Shown: positions 18,776 to 32,000 of the stretch, in pieces | Layout of the letters: each line of letters begins with the position of its first letter | Numbering within the stretch: position 1 is the first letter of the stretch | Position numbers and translations under genes: made by a program | The notes under the pieces: model-generated | What the model was told of the DNA's origin: nothing | The model's database searches: none | What the model saw: the letters and a program-made list of their open reading frames with translations, nothing else | Source of the DNA: Paraspadella gotoi | Taxonomy: Eukaryota > Animalia > Chaetognatha | Assembly: GCA_051294375.1 (NCBI GenBank) | Contig: CM119264.1 | Span: 13,412,813-13,476,812, forward strand | Length of the DNA stretch: 64,000 nt | Reading direction: 5' to 3'

Positions 18776-21126
18776 ATGCCGTCTACGGGTTCGGAGACGG
18801 AAGAAAAGAAGGGCGGTCGTCCGCCCGCAGGTATTGAATGCTGAAAAGTCACGAGAATTGACAATTAAATCAATAGCGTCCGACTTTATTTTTCAGTCAA
18901 AGCGGGCGGGCGTCGCGTCGTCCAGCACAAACGGACGACGAGCGAAACTGAAAAATCCGAGGAAGAGAAAATGACGGAGGAGATTGAAAAGCAGGAGGAA
19001 GAAGGAAGCGAGGAACTGACGGAAAAAGAGTGAGTCGCTTGCTGTAAGAAAGCTTTTCACTTTTCAATCGTTACCTAGGTTTTGTTAACCTTGTATTTAA
19101 ATAAGTTGGAGCTACTAAACTGGTAGATTTGATGGTTGGAATAAAATAAATGCGTCGAGGCAGTGTCTACGAAAAGCCTTTTGTCAAGAAATGAACTGAA
19201 TCTCCTGATTATTCAAATATGAATGCTAAATTTTTTATACTTTGGACTATATCACAAAGAGTGGCAAACAATGGGGTAAATAAAGTCATTCCCTTATAAA
19301 TTTTATACAGTAAAGATAGTTTTTAAGCAATTTTTATCTTCAAAAATCTTGTCCATTTTTGTCCATTTTCAGTTTTGGCACTAATTTTCAAGTTGAAGAT
19401 CAAAAAAGAAAAAAATTTTACTTCGCTTTTAGGTTCGCCTTTATGTTCTTTCTACTGGGGTAGAAGCATTTTTGTTAATGATTCACCGTTTGTCTGCAAT
19501 GAATTTTTTTAAATGGTTAGTCAAAAAATGGCATTTTTTCATTTTGTCATTTTAAACTAACAAAACATTCTTTAAATTAATTGAAACTAATACAAAATAT
19601 TCCCCACATGATAAGCTAATTATATCTGTAATATAAAGAAAAAAGCTTCATGCATTTTCTTTAAAAAAAATTTTTAAGATGTCTTTGAATTAGTGATTTT
19701 TTGTGATTGTAGTTTATTTTTTATTTCGACTTTAGATTTATTTGTTTTTATAGTTTTATTAGTTGGACTAGTTATTATTCTTGTTAAATCTTAAAAAACC
19801 GCATCATTTTGCGTTATCTTAAAGCATCAGGACAATTTTTTAATCATTTTTTCCGCGTGTCGACAGGATTTTGCGGAAAATTATTCCGCAAAATCTGTCG
19901 ACTTTACTAAATCTGCTAAGCAACCAAAATAGAAAAAAAAATCGCGAGTTACCGAATTTTTTGGAGCATAAACTAAAGAATAAACAATACACAAAAAAAA
20001 TAAAGAATTAAAGAAATAAAGAAAGAAAAAAGGAGAGAGGAAGGCAGAAAGAAAGAAAGAAAAGAAAGAAAGGAAAGAAGGAAAGAAAGAAAGGAAAGAA
20101 AGAAAGGAAGAAAGAAAGGAAAGAAAGGAAGGAAGAATCAAGTTTGAGCTATGTCGGATCTGCCCACAATCATAAGCGGTAATTAATAATTAATTAATTA
20201 ATACAAACTATATAAACTAAAACAAAAATTTAATTAATAAATTAATTAATTTGATCCGAAATGTTTGTTTTTAGGTCTTTTCGTCAAGCAATGACGACGA
20301 TGATGGCGACGACGACAATAATGCCGATAACGATTGACTTGATTAAATAATTAATTTATAAATAAATTGATTGTTTGAATAATTAATTAATAGATAACTA
20401 AATAAATTGATTGATTGAATAATTTAATGATTAATTGACCGATTAATTATTTGATTAATTAATTCATCTTATCTTGTATTTACATTTAATATAAAAAGAA
20501 ACATAATCAATTAGTGAAACAGGTTTTTTGTTTTTTCCATTTAAACTCATTTCCACTCAGACGATTCCATCGAAACTTGATTTCCAGCTTAATCACACAA
20601 TTTCCTACCCACATACAATTTAAAGTCAATCGCCCCGTCCACTTATGAGTAATTAACGTTCAAATAGTGAAATATATTTTTTTTGTTTTTTCCATTTAAA
20701 ATCATTTCTACACGGACAATTGCATCGAAACAGACGTTCATTCAATATAATTTAAAAGGTTCTATAAAAATAACGACTAAAAATCGGTCACCAAATTCTT
20801 AAAATGACCGGCATTGAAAACGGACCGAGAGAAAAAAATATGATCAAAAAAGGTTACGATGCGAGTTTCTCTTCAGAAAGAAAGAGAGAGAAGAAAGATT
20901 ATGGGCAACATTGCGATACAGAAAGAAAAAGCAAAAAAAAAGAGAAATAAATAGAGAGCGAAAGAAAGAGAGAGAGAAAGAGAGAAACCAAAAGAGAGAG
21001 AGAAAGAGATAGTGAGAAAGAGAGAGAGAGAGAAAAAGAAAAAAAGAGAAAAAAAGAGAGAAAGAAAGAAAGAAGGAAAAAAAGAGAGAAAGAAAGAAAA
21101 GGAGAAAGAAAGAAAAAAAGAATGAG

Positions 21127-21157
<31 letters not shown>

Positions 21158-21796
21158 AAGAAAGAATGAAAGAGAAAGAAAGAGAAAATAATAATGCTTA
21201 GATTTAAAGGAAAAAATCGCTGATTCTAAGACGTGAGTGTCTACGCTCCATTTCTTCTCGCGAAAAGCTTAAAACTTTTCCATTTTTTTAAACCAATAGT
21301 TTACGTAGATTTCGTAACTCGATAGTTGAAATAGATTTTTCAACTCAATTAGTTCAAAAACTCTGAAAGAACTTTTGTCGTAACGAATTTTGAAGTATTA
21401 GAATAAGCAACATTGCGTTGTGCTTTATGATAGAGAGATAACTATTCCAAACCGATTTTTAAAGTTAAGAATGACCTGAAGAATTAAACGAAACACTAAA
21501 AAGTAGTAATTTTTACAGTTAGAAATCCATGGTTTAAGAAAGGCGTTTCGTAGACACTGCCTCGAGGAATCCACAACGGGAAATTTCCCCACCATGTTTC
21601 GGTACATTCTCTTTTCATAACGACCTTCAGTCCTTCACCTGACGCTTTGGCTGCGGCCATGTACCATAAATCCGACAAGGACTTCCCCAAAGACGCCATC
21701 AACGCTTACCACGTGAAACCGGTTCCCACGAAGACAATTCACAGCCATCAAAAACCGAGACAGCAGCAGCAAATTCATCAGCCGAGGAAGGAGTGA
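18776..21796 (+). CDS. DAP: Death-associated protein 1 family protein, 3 exons
   Basis: Exons 18776-18830, 18897-19029 and 21631-21796 give KGGRPPAVKAGGRRVVQH...KDFPKDAINAYHVKPVPT...QIHQPRKE*, matching the DAP1 family motifs. Confidence 0.92.
20139..20783 (+). mobile_element. Family A DINE-1-like copy in DAP intron 2
   Basis: CAAGTTTGAGC..TGTCGGATCTGC head, the shared TTCCACTC..ACGATTCCATCGAAACTT core at 20550-20600, and an ACTAAAAA end. Confidence 0.55.
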
Positions 21797-22639
21797 AGTG
21801 AGGAAGTTTTGGTCTCAGAAACTCGCAATAGCCATGGGTGTCTGTCTAGTGTCTACCCTCGATTTAAAAAAAACCGTCAATATCTATCGCGATAATTATT
21901 TTCGCGATATTTATTTTTCGAATACTTGATGTTCTTTTCCATCGAAAGGACGTTAAACATTTAAAAAGTCATTCCGTTTTTCGCTTTAGATTTTTTTAAA
22001 CGCCATTTTCCAGGTTTTCCTTTAATTTAATTCTGATGCATACTCGATATTTTTTAAGCTTAACAACGCGGTCGTCTTTTGAAGCTAATACAACTATTGA
22101 CGACTTTTTGTTAGTAAATTAGTTTTAAAAGCCCGACGTGCAACGTTTAAACTTTTAAAGATAGTTTTTACATTTATAAATTTGCAAATATTTGCCGTTA
22201 CAGTTTTTTATCTTCGTTAATGGTTTAGCCATGCAGTAATTATTATTTATTGTAATAATAAATTTCTGCTTAACTCATAAGTGTTTTGTCTGTTAAGCCG
22301 AAGGCCAGGTAAGCAAGGAACATGGGGCCTTTTGATTTTTAGTTATCTATTGTGACACCTGTCCCAAGTTTTTTCTTTCATGTTTTACTTCGGCTTCTGC
22401 ACATTCCTATATACTATATAGTATATAGTATATTATATATACAAAAAATAGGCAATTTCTAATTGTGGTTTTGGGTTTTTGAGTTTGTTTTATTAGCCAG
22501 GTAAAATTTTAAAACTTGAAGGGCGTTCAGAACTAGATAGCTAAATAAGACATCAAAACAATTCCGACATGCTTTAAAAAAATCTTAAAAGTATAGTGAT
22601 CTCGCCAGAGAAAAAATTAATTAAAAAATTAAAAAAAAT

Positions 22640-23180
22640 TAAAGATTGATGCAATAATAAATTATTGATGTAATAGTAATTGATTGATTGATGTAATAGT
22701 GATTGATTAAAGTAATAGTAATTGATTATTGATTTGATGATAACCAAATATTGAGATAACCAAAAATTGATGCGATGATAACCAAAGGATTGATGCAATA
22801 ATTGATGCTTGATGATGATGCGATAACCAAATAGGCTAAATTTTATTTTTGCTGAAAAAAACGTTTAAAATTCTTTATTTTTAAAAAAAAATAAAAAAAA
22901 ATATTTAATTACCCTAACACCCTTAACCTTAAACCACCCTTAACTTTAACCATTCTTTAACCCGGTTGGTGAAAGTAAAAATAGTTTACCAAATGATTGA
23001 TGCGATAATAACCAAATAAGTGAAATGATGATAACCAAATGATAGATGTGATGATATTTATTTATTGATGCGATAATAATCATTCATTGACGCGATGATA
23101 ATCATTTATTTATGCGATGATAATTATTCATTGATGCAATGATAGTCATTCATGGATGCGATGATAATCATTCATTGACG
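22640..23180. repeat. Degenerate ~21-bp TGATGCGATGATAATCATTCAT array in a repeat-derived region
   Basis: Recurrent TGATGC(G/A)ATGATAA units. A TAACCC-like block with CGGTTGGTGAAAGTAAAA resembles 1735-1780 in reverse complement. Confidence 0.55.
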
Positions 23181-24028
23181 TGATAAGTCATACATATATG
23201 AGTGAGAGAGAGAGAGAGAAAAAGATAAAGAGAAGCTCGATAGCCGCTGCATAGCGAACTTGTTTTTAGACAAATCAGAAAAGTTATGACAGAAAAAAAA
23301 AAGAGAGAGCAACATATAATTTAAAAAAAAAGGAAAAAAAAGAAAAATAGAAACTGGACAGCCATTATAGCAGATTAATTTGTAGATTATCTCAAATGAG
23401 ATTGAGTTCCTCAATCTCATTTGCATATTGTGTTGTATTCTGATTAAGCTTTGTTAAATTTTTGTTTTATTGCTTTAAACATAACTAAAAAAAATTTTGT
23501 AATGATTTAATTATTATAATTATTAGTTTACAAATTTAATTATTCTTGTATAACCGCTGCAGAGCTGAACTCGTTTATATATATAATTTTTAAAAAATGT
23601 TTTATAAATAAAACAAATAACAAATGAGTGTAGAAATATGAAACAACAATTTAAAAGACCTCAATGATAAGAAGCCATATCTAAATTTTCAGCTTCTTAT
23701 GGTTATTCATTTGAGCTATTTTCAATGTTAAAACAGCAAGACGACGACGACAATGACGATTACGGTCAGAAGAAGCAGAAACGAATTAACATCTCGCCCA
23801 AGTCGGGCCTTCGCCCGTCTGGCGAGATAAAAATCTATCAGCGACTTATTAGAATTTTTAGCAACATTGGTTGGGATTGCGGTTTCGTCTACGAGAACAT
23901 ATTTTTTCGCGGTTACAAAGCACAATTAATTTTATTCACAAGCAACAAAATTAAAAATAGTTATATAAGTTATAACAGAGATTAATCGTTTCGCGGTAGT
24001 CACGAAGCCACGAGCAACAAAAATGTAT

Positions 24029-27000
24029 TCACTTCAATGGCGCTTTGGCGGAAGGCGTCTTCTTCTTATCAAGATTAGCGCCGGCTCCGATTCCGCCGGC
24101 GCCCTTTTTCCGGTCACCACGCCCTTTGAAGACCTTGTTGACGTCTATAGTAGTGGTGTGAGATGGCGGGGGTGGAGCGTCTGCGCGATGCTCTTTACAC
24201 GCGCGTTGATGATGGGCGTGTGTACAAACGTTCTTGCACGTGTGGTTCTGTGAGGGACAACAGTACGGTCGCGCGTCCAGGCTGAGACGGACGGGAGCAA
24301 AAAGGTTGAACCACTGCTTTACCTAAAAAAAAAATTGGATTATAAACTTAATAATATTAAGAAATTGGTACAGCCACTATGAAAAATTCAGTGAAAATGA
24401 CAGGCCATGCCCATGGTGGACTCCATCCCCAGGTAATAACATAGTAGTTCCCTGCTCGCTTTCACAACTCTCTCACAATCTAGTTTATTAATTCCCAGGG
24501 TTTCTGGCTTTCGTATCAATAAAGTGGTAAACCGTATACGTATTAGACCTTGCCATATATGAAAAGTTTTGAAATCAAAAAACGAGTATTGTGTAAAAGG
24601 TGCCCATACATCATATGAATTTTTTGAACATTTTTTTTCAAAAAAAAATTTACAGTAAATGCTGCCAACTTTGAAAAAAATGAAAAAAAATGGTAAAAAA
24701 TGAACTTTTTACTAAATATCTTTAAAAGCTTTATTGCGAGAGGGACGAAACCCAAACTATCTTGTAGAGTGGAAAAAATTGACTATGTTACATACCTCGC
24801 ATTATAAATTAAGTTAGTTTTTTACTAAGGAAAATTTTTTTAAAAACCTATTGTTTTGGTCAATTTTTGATAAAATTTTTAAAAAATGATATTTTTAACA
24901 ATGTTTGTGAAATATTTTTTTTAAAAAACTATGGCGAATTGAATAAAGAAATAATTGCCTTTGTTTTGCTGAAAGAATTTTTAAAAGGATTATCGGTTAA
25001 AGAGTTATAATTTTTTTAAATTAAAAAAAAATCACTTTTCTTAATAATTATTTTTATTTAATAGGTTTGAACTAAGCTAAAGGAAAAGGGAATGCACTTT
25101 TTTCAGAGTAAATAAAAAAAATATTAAATTCTGATTTGACAGTGGGTAACTTTAATATTTTGTCTCACCAGATCATTAAAGTTTTTTTAAATTTTTATCA
25201 TTTTATAATAGATTATGACTTTTAAATAAGTAGTTTTTTTAATTTTTTTCTATATAAAAGAAAAAAAAAATTGACAAAAACGATTAAATGATTAAAAATT
25301 GATAAAATGAGACAAAAAGAGTAAAATTAATGAAAGTTAAATAACTGAGAAAAGTTTGCTTGCTGCTTGCCGGTTGAGAAAAAAGTTTAGTGCCAAAGAA
25401 AGAAAACTAGTTATTCTATTTTTTGTTATCATTCATGATTTATAGTTAATAATTAAGTCTATTGTAAATAGTCGATTTAGTTTTAAAATATAATTTTTAA
25501 TTCATCTTTGATTTTTATTCATTTCATATCTTTTATAGTTGATGAATTTATCAACAAGTCGAAACTATTCTTAAATTTATCAAGCAAGCTTAATATATTT
25601 TTCCAAGTCTTTTACAACTTTTGATTAAGCAATATATTTAACACAAATTATAATTCAACTCAGTTCTGGAGAACTTGCTTGACAAAGGTAATTTATGAAA
25701 AATAGAATAACTAGTTTTTTTTCTTTGGCACTCTAGATGACTTTTTTTTTCTCGATCGGTAAGCAGCAAGCAACTCTTCTTCAGTTGCTTTTTTGTCTCA
25801 TTTTATCAATTTTTAATCATTTAATCGCTTTTGTCAATTTTTCTTTTTTTCTTTATATAGAAAAAAATTAAAAAAACTACCTTATTTAAAAGTCATAATT
25901 CTATTATAAAATGATAAAAATTTAAAAAAAACTTTAATGACCTGGTGAGACAAAATATTAAAGTTACCCATTGTCAAATCAGAATTTAATATTTTTTTAT
26001 TTACTCTGAAAAAAGTGCATTCCCTTTTTCCCTTTAGCTTAGTTCAAACCTATTAAATAAAAATAATTATTAAGAAAAGTGATTTTTTTTTAATTTAAAA
26101 AAATTATAACTCTTTAACCGATAATCCTTTTTTAAAAATTCTTTCAGCAAAACAAAGGCAATTATTTCTTTATTCAATTCGCCATAATTTTTTTTAAAAA
26201 ATATTTCACAAACATTGTTAAAAATATCATTTTTTAAAAATTTTATCAAAAATTGGCCAAAACAATAGGTTTTAAAAAAATTTTCCTTAGTAAAAAACTA
26301 ACTTAATTTATAATGCGAGGTATGTAACATAGTCAATTTTTTCCACTCTACAAGATAGTTTGGGTTTTGTCCTCCTCGCAATAAAGCTTTTAAAGATATT
26401 TAGCAAAAAGTCCATTTTTTACCATTTTTTTCATTTTTTCAAAGTTGGCAGCATTTACTGTAAATTTTTTTTTGAAAAAAAATGTTCAAAAAATTCATAT
26501 GATGTATGGGCACCTTTTACACAATACTCGTTTTTTGATTTCAAAACTTCATTATGGCAAGGTCTAATACGTATAGTAAATATAATGTTTTATGAACTGT
26601 TTCAATTGTACAAAAGAAACACTACCTTAAGTATGAGTGTAGTATTTTACTTTGCATAACATCCAAATACAAGCTCTTTATAATTCACTGCGAACATCAA
26701 TGGCGGATACCTGCGGGCTGAGACCAATATCGGTAAAAGCATATTGCCACTGCGGCAGCCCGACGTGCATCAGCATAAGGCGGAAGTAGTGAGTGAAGGA
26801 TTCGGCCATGAAGTGCCATCTGAGAGCGCGGTCGAGAAACCAGATCTTTGGATCCTGGGAGAAAAAACGCAAAATATTGAAGGAGAGGACATATTCTCTC
26901 TGCGAATACTAATTTCTAGTTTTTAGAAAAGGCGTTATTTCCAACTTCCTCGCCTGGGCCGGAATTCCCGGTTTCGTGTTGTGATATACCAAGCAGACTT

Positions 27001-28185
27001 TTCCGTTGCCGGCGCCGCAGGGTTCCAGTTCGAAAACTCGAGACCGAAAGTCGAAACGCGGTTTGGCGCGGACAACGATAGGGGAGCACGCGCAGGCGCC
27101 TAGTTTTTTTGGGGCAGGTGATATGAAGAATAAAAGCCAATAGTATTTGGACGGAGAACTTTTTACGCAATACTAATCCACAAATACCCACAGCCCCTCA
27201 ACCATTCATCTCTACCTTCTCTGCTATCTTTATTCTCGACTCCACCCAAATCGTCTTCTTCGTCCGACTCCAAATCGGCGAAGTTGACAACTGATCCGTC
27301 GTTTGAGGCGGAGAGGTGCGCACCGGCCGACGCCGACCGAGAGAGCAAGTTGGTCGTCGAGGTCCCAGTCCCGCCCACCGACCGGTGGCTCGGGTGATGC
27401 CCTCCGCTTCCTCCGGAATGATGGTGATGAGGATCGCCCCCGTGAGTCGCCGGGTAAGGACCCCCGATCCTCACAAGGTTGGCTAAACAATTGATTTCCA
27501 TGCGTCCGACGGGAACGACGACCTTGACACAAGAGAGAATAGAGCGGGGGAAGAAAAAGAAAAGATTTTCTTAACTACAGTTTACATACAAGTAAACGGT
27601 CCCTTCACTCTAGAAATCTCTTTTTTACTTCTAGTCTCATATTCTTGAAAATATTATTACAATTAAGTACCGTCTTTAATACCTGTAAGAGCTGACCTAT
27701 AATATAGGCTATATTAAAAATTAATTACTGGCGACAAGCTTCCGCATTCACACGAACCTCATCGAACCTCACGCTCCACGAAAGCGCGAAACCGTCTGTG
27801 GTCGAGTAAAAGTTGCGCAGATCCTCTGGCATTAGGCAAGAGTATTTTTGCTCCCACTGCGTCAATGCGTGACGGTCCACCGGCTTCCGTTCCGGAACGT
27901 GAGCGTCCGTTACGCCCACTCGTTTCTCTAATAGAGATTTGACGATGCCGAGAGTCAGTTGATCGAATAATTCCTTTCGGTTATATGGTAAAATAAATCA
28001 TCACATAATATAAACAACTGCAACTTTCATAATATAAGAAATCGGCACTTCGAAAATTAAAATCTAACCCGATAAGTAAGTTTCTTGGGAACTTGGTGAT
28101 GCTGGCTTCCGGCGTTGTTTCCACTGCCTCCGCTGCTGCTCCCTCCGCCTCCGCCGCTGGACTGAGAATTGTGTCCCGAAGTCAT
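24029..28185 (-). CDS. TPGS2: Tubulin polyglutamylase complex subunit 2, 6 exons, 407 aa
   Basis: Exons 28185-28069, 27973-27758, 27522-27216, 27099-26954, 26854-26711 and 24322-24029. Motifs: LTLGIVKSLLEKR, WEQKYSCLMPEDLRNFY..TDGF.LSW, PRFD.RSRVFEL..C..NGKVCLVY, IWFLDRALRWHF, YFRLMLMHVGLPQWQYAFT..GLSPQ.KQWF. Confidence 0.92.
24535..26575. mobile_element. Foldback/long-TIR non-autonomous DNA transposon in TPGS2 intron 5
   Basis: Inverted arms at about 24535-25425 and 25695-26575. Termini are TATACGTATTAGACCTTGCCAT and ATGGCAAGGTCTAATACGTATA. The ORF track shows mirror peptides at 24543(-) and 26360(+). No transposase is visible. Confidence 0.88.
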
Positions 28186-29088
28186 AGTTTTTTATTTTTG
28201 TTATATTATAATTTGATAATATAAGTCGAAAGTTCGATTTGAGGCATTTCCGGCGATATAAAATTTGATTGCATAATCTAAGAATAGATTATGGTTATTT
28301 GTATGAAATTTGTACGAAAATAAAAGAGAATATCTCTTTACGATTATAATGATCAGTAGCAAAAACGACAATCTTTTTTATTTGTTTAAAGAAAGTGTTT
28401 AATTTAAATATTATAGGAAAATTAGTGTTTTTGGGGTCCGAAGAGGACCTATATGGAACACAAAGTTATACTAGGCACACTGCTTAATATCAGCAGTAGC
28501 AACGAAAAAATCCCGTAGATGTTTTGGCACAATACAAGAAAGCACGAGGATATATTCTAGACTATTTAATAATAGAAATGTAATTATAAACAACGAATTT
28601 ATAAGCAAATCTGTTTCAGGGCAATAAAAAACTAATAAGTGATCAATACCCATCTCTCTTTTCGAAAATTTTAACAAGGGAAAACATTAACAAAAAGGTT
28701 TTAAATAAATTCGTTATAACGGAAACCTCTAACTGTGAATGAATTTTTAATACTTAGAGGAAAAAAAGAATCTGATTCTGAAACTTAAACATTTTCATTC
28801 ATTCAATTGTGAATTATTTGTTCATATTTATTTATAAAAAAAAATTAAAAAAGTTTTGATTGAAATTTAATAGTTATTGCATTATTATTATGATTAATAA
28901 ATTAAATAGAATAAATAGCAGAAAATTTGAAAAAAAAGCACTTTTTGTATAAACAAATTTCTTGGTTTATACTAATACTATAAATTAAGTTTTTTTCTTT
29001 TTTTTCATCTCTCAAAGGTCGAATTTTTAAAATTATTTTATCTAATTTTTCGTCCTGACGAATTGTTATAGACTTATTAAAAACTGGT

Positions 29089-32000
29089 TCATCTCGACCC
29101 TTTCCCGCCGGGAGTCTTCTTCGTGTGCTGCAATGCGGTGAGTCTTTCGTTGAGTCTTTCGATGCTGAGGAGCACCTTGGCTTCTTCGAAGGAGAGCGCC
29201 GTTGGATGGTGGTTGGGTGAGTGCTTGTGCAGTTGCGGCGTCAAACGACTCGTCGACTTGCCGATTAAATCTGCCGCCGAGCGCTTCGCCTTGGATTGAA
29301 GATGATGAAGAAATGAATGCGACGCCAACAGCATCAAATAAGCTAAAGGGCGAACTGTTTTTTCTTTATCGAACCTGCAACACCCTGTCGACCGTTTGCT
29401 GGATCTTGGCATCCGAGAGATCCATGGGATACTCGGAGAGGATCTCCGCCGTAACGAAGGCGGCGGTGGAGTCCCGCAGCTCGTCGTCCATTTCCGAGGC
29501 GGCAGTCGGATGTCGTTGCCCGTTGTCCACGGTGTCCAGGAATGACGGAGGACCAAGATGCTGATCATGATGATGATGGGGTGGCTGTTGCTGCGGTTGT
29601 TGTTGAGGATGTAGTTGCGGATTATTATTTTTCTCAGTCCAAGTCTCCGGTTTCCGTTCTTCGCAGGCTTGGGGTTGAGGAAGAACAACCGCCGTTATCT
29701 TAGATGTCGTCGTCGTTCTCGTTAAGTGTGTGGAATCTTCTTCATTCGCGATTGATCTTTTCGAAGCCGAGATTTTCGAGGAAGCCTTTTGCATCTGCTG
29801 CTGTTGTTGTTGCTGCTGCTGCTGCAATTTAGATACTAATCCCGCCTGACCCTGCTTACTCAAATGAACCATCTGTGAAGTGGCAAAGTTTGTTGTCGTC
29901 GTCATTTTCGTTGTCGTTGACGGCACCGCGAGTTTGTTTCCAGACTCGCCGTTGGTGCCGCCGTTGTTCGTCACGCCACGCCCACGATGGTTCGCAGTTG
30001 AATGAGCAGCTGCTCCGGCGCTACCACTTCCTCCAGCGGCGCTTCCGCCAAGCGCTCGCATGACACTTTCGTTGCTCCGCATCTTTTGCGCAAAACTCGC
30101 TGCCGACGACGCGGCAGCTGCCGTACCGGCCATGATCTTCGGTTCGTATCCTCCGCCGCCACCACCGCTGCTGTCGTCATCGAGACATGCTCGTACTTTG
30201 TTCCATAACCATTGGATCTCCTCGTCCGTCGGCGTCCTATCCGGATTCGTAAGTCGGCGCTCGATCCTCTTCGTGGCGTCGCCGCTTGATGTCGCTGGGC
30301 GAGTCTCGTTTTCGCCGTCCCCGCGGCCTATGCCGACGCCCCCGGTCCGTTTGGCGTCTTGTTGCGCCGCCTCCACTCGCTTGATAGCGTACATGGGGTC
30401 GTCGCGATGATTGGTGCTTGATTTCTAGCGGGAAGAAAAACTAAGTTTAGACAGTTTCAAGACACTTTTTAATGATTTACGAGCGGTGTGGCGGACGCCG
30501 GCGGTCTCCCGCTGAGTCGGTGAAGGTAGATAATATTAATATAACTGCGACGCGTCAGGGAAATGATGCCACCACAGAAGGTCCGAAGCCCCTAACGCCG
30601 AACAGTGTGATGCCCTGTGATTTTTACTTTTAGTTGTGCCGCGAGTACTCGCCGAGAAACTAACTCTATTAGTCACTTTTTGGTCGGTCTGTCTGTCGGT
30701 CTGTATATCTGTCCATCGGTCTTTCCTACTTACGTTAAAAATATTCATAACTTGCCTATAGTAGGTTGCTCATTTGTTAAGACAGGAAAAAACCTCAAAT
30801 CTAAGTGACTGCTAGTGCCGCCTTCAGGAAATCCTAAAACTATAAAGAATAAAAAACAGAATTTCAATGCAGTACTAAAAAAGTTATTTTCATTAAGACT
30901 TGGCAGACTGGTAAAACATTACTAAATGGTTTTTTTGCATGTGTTTCATCCTTGTGTAGTCACGTGACCACGCAAAATTACAATCACAGGATTATAAAGT
31001 AAATGCAGCATATTTTGTGTAATGTCTCATCAAATTTACTGCGGCGCAACACATTGGATGGACCAATCTTGTTTTTATTACTTGTTATTTTTTGCATGCT
31101 AGATAAAAGTTTGTCATTAGGCTTAGCGCAGAAATTAATATGGCTATTATGCGTTTTAAAAACCCTTACCACCTGAGTTGAAAAAACACCGGACGCCGTC
31201 CCCTCAGACCCCGGAAGTCTCTTGCTCTTTCCGGCAGCCGAGGAGACGATCAACGGACTGAAGGCGCCGCTCCCTCCGGTCAACATGGTCGAGACTCTTC
31301 CGGCGCCGACGGCCCCGTTTTCTGCTCCGTTACCGGAGCCCTCCTTTAAGTTGAGGTGCTTTCCTGGTACAAAGTAGACCGGGGTCGTTGGGTGACCCAG
31401 CATGATGTGACCCACTTCGGGTCGGGACTGGGTGTAAAAACGACCCCCGCCGTTTTGTATCACGAGATCACCTTTGAGGAGGGATTAAATGAAAAAAATA
31501 AATAACATGTGGCTATGTAGTATGTATATGTCAGTCATTAATGCTCCAATCTCTCCATAAAGTTGACTTCCCCCAAAATTTTCCCGACTAACCTTTCCTA
31601 TGCTGCGATATAGCGCGCTGATGCTGATAAGACGACGGGTGGTATAGCGCGCCTAAGAAAGTCACAAATCAACATTCTCAAAATATTTATTGTCTTCCTT
31701 AGAAAAATTTTCTTGAAACCTCCGGCGCTGGAGACGCGCTTGGGACGATTAAGCAACGATCCAACACTCTCTTGACCCGGTCGAGACTGCTGCTGCTGCA
31801 ACGCCGGCGTTGACGCGGATCCGCTTCCCGTTTCCGTCTCAGGGTTATGCTGCTGCTGATCGACGTCCCGCGGCGAGTAAAGAGCCGCCACGTCCCCGCC
31901 CGTTGCCATCACAGCTTGCGGCGTCACGAACCTCACGGATTTCTTCTGTTGCTGTTGATGTTGACGTTGCTGCTGTTTGGCCAACTGATCTCTGGTCACA

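Noticed and set aside
24181-24266. Extra intron in the last TPGS2 exon
   Set aside because: The frame is open from 24322 to 24029, and removing this GT..AG segment would shift it.
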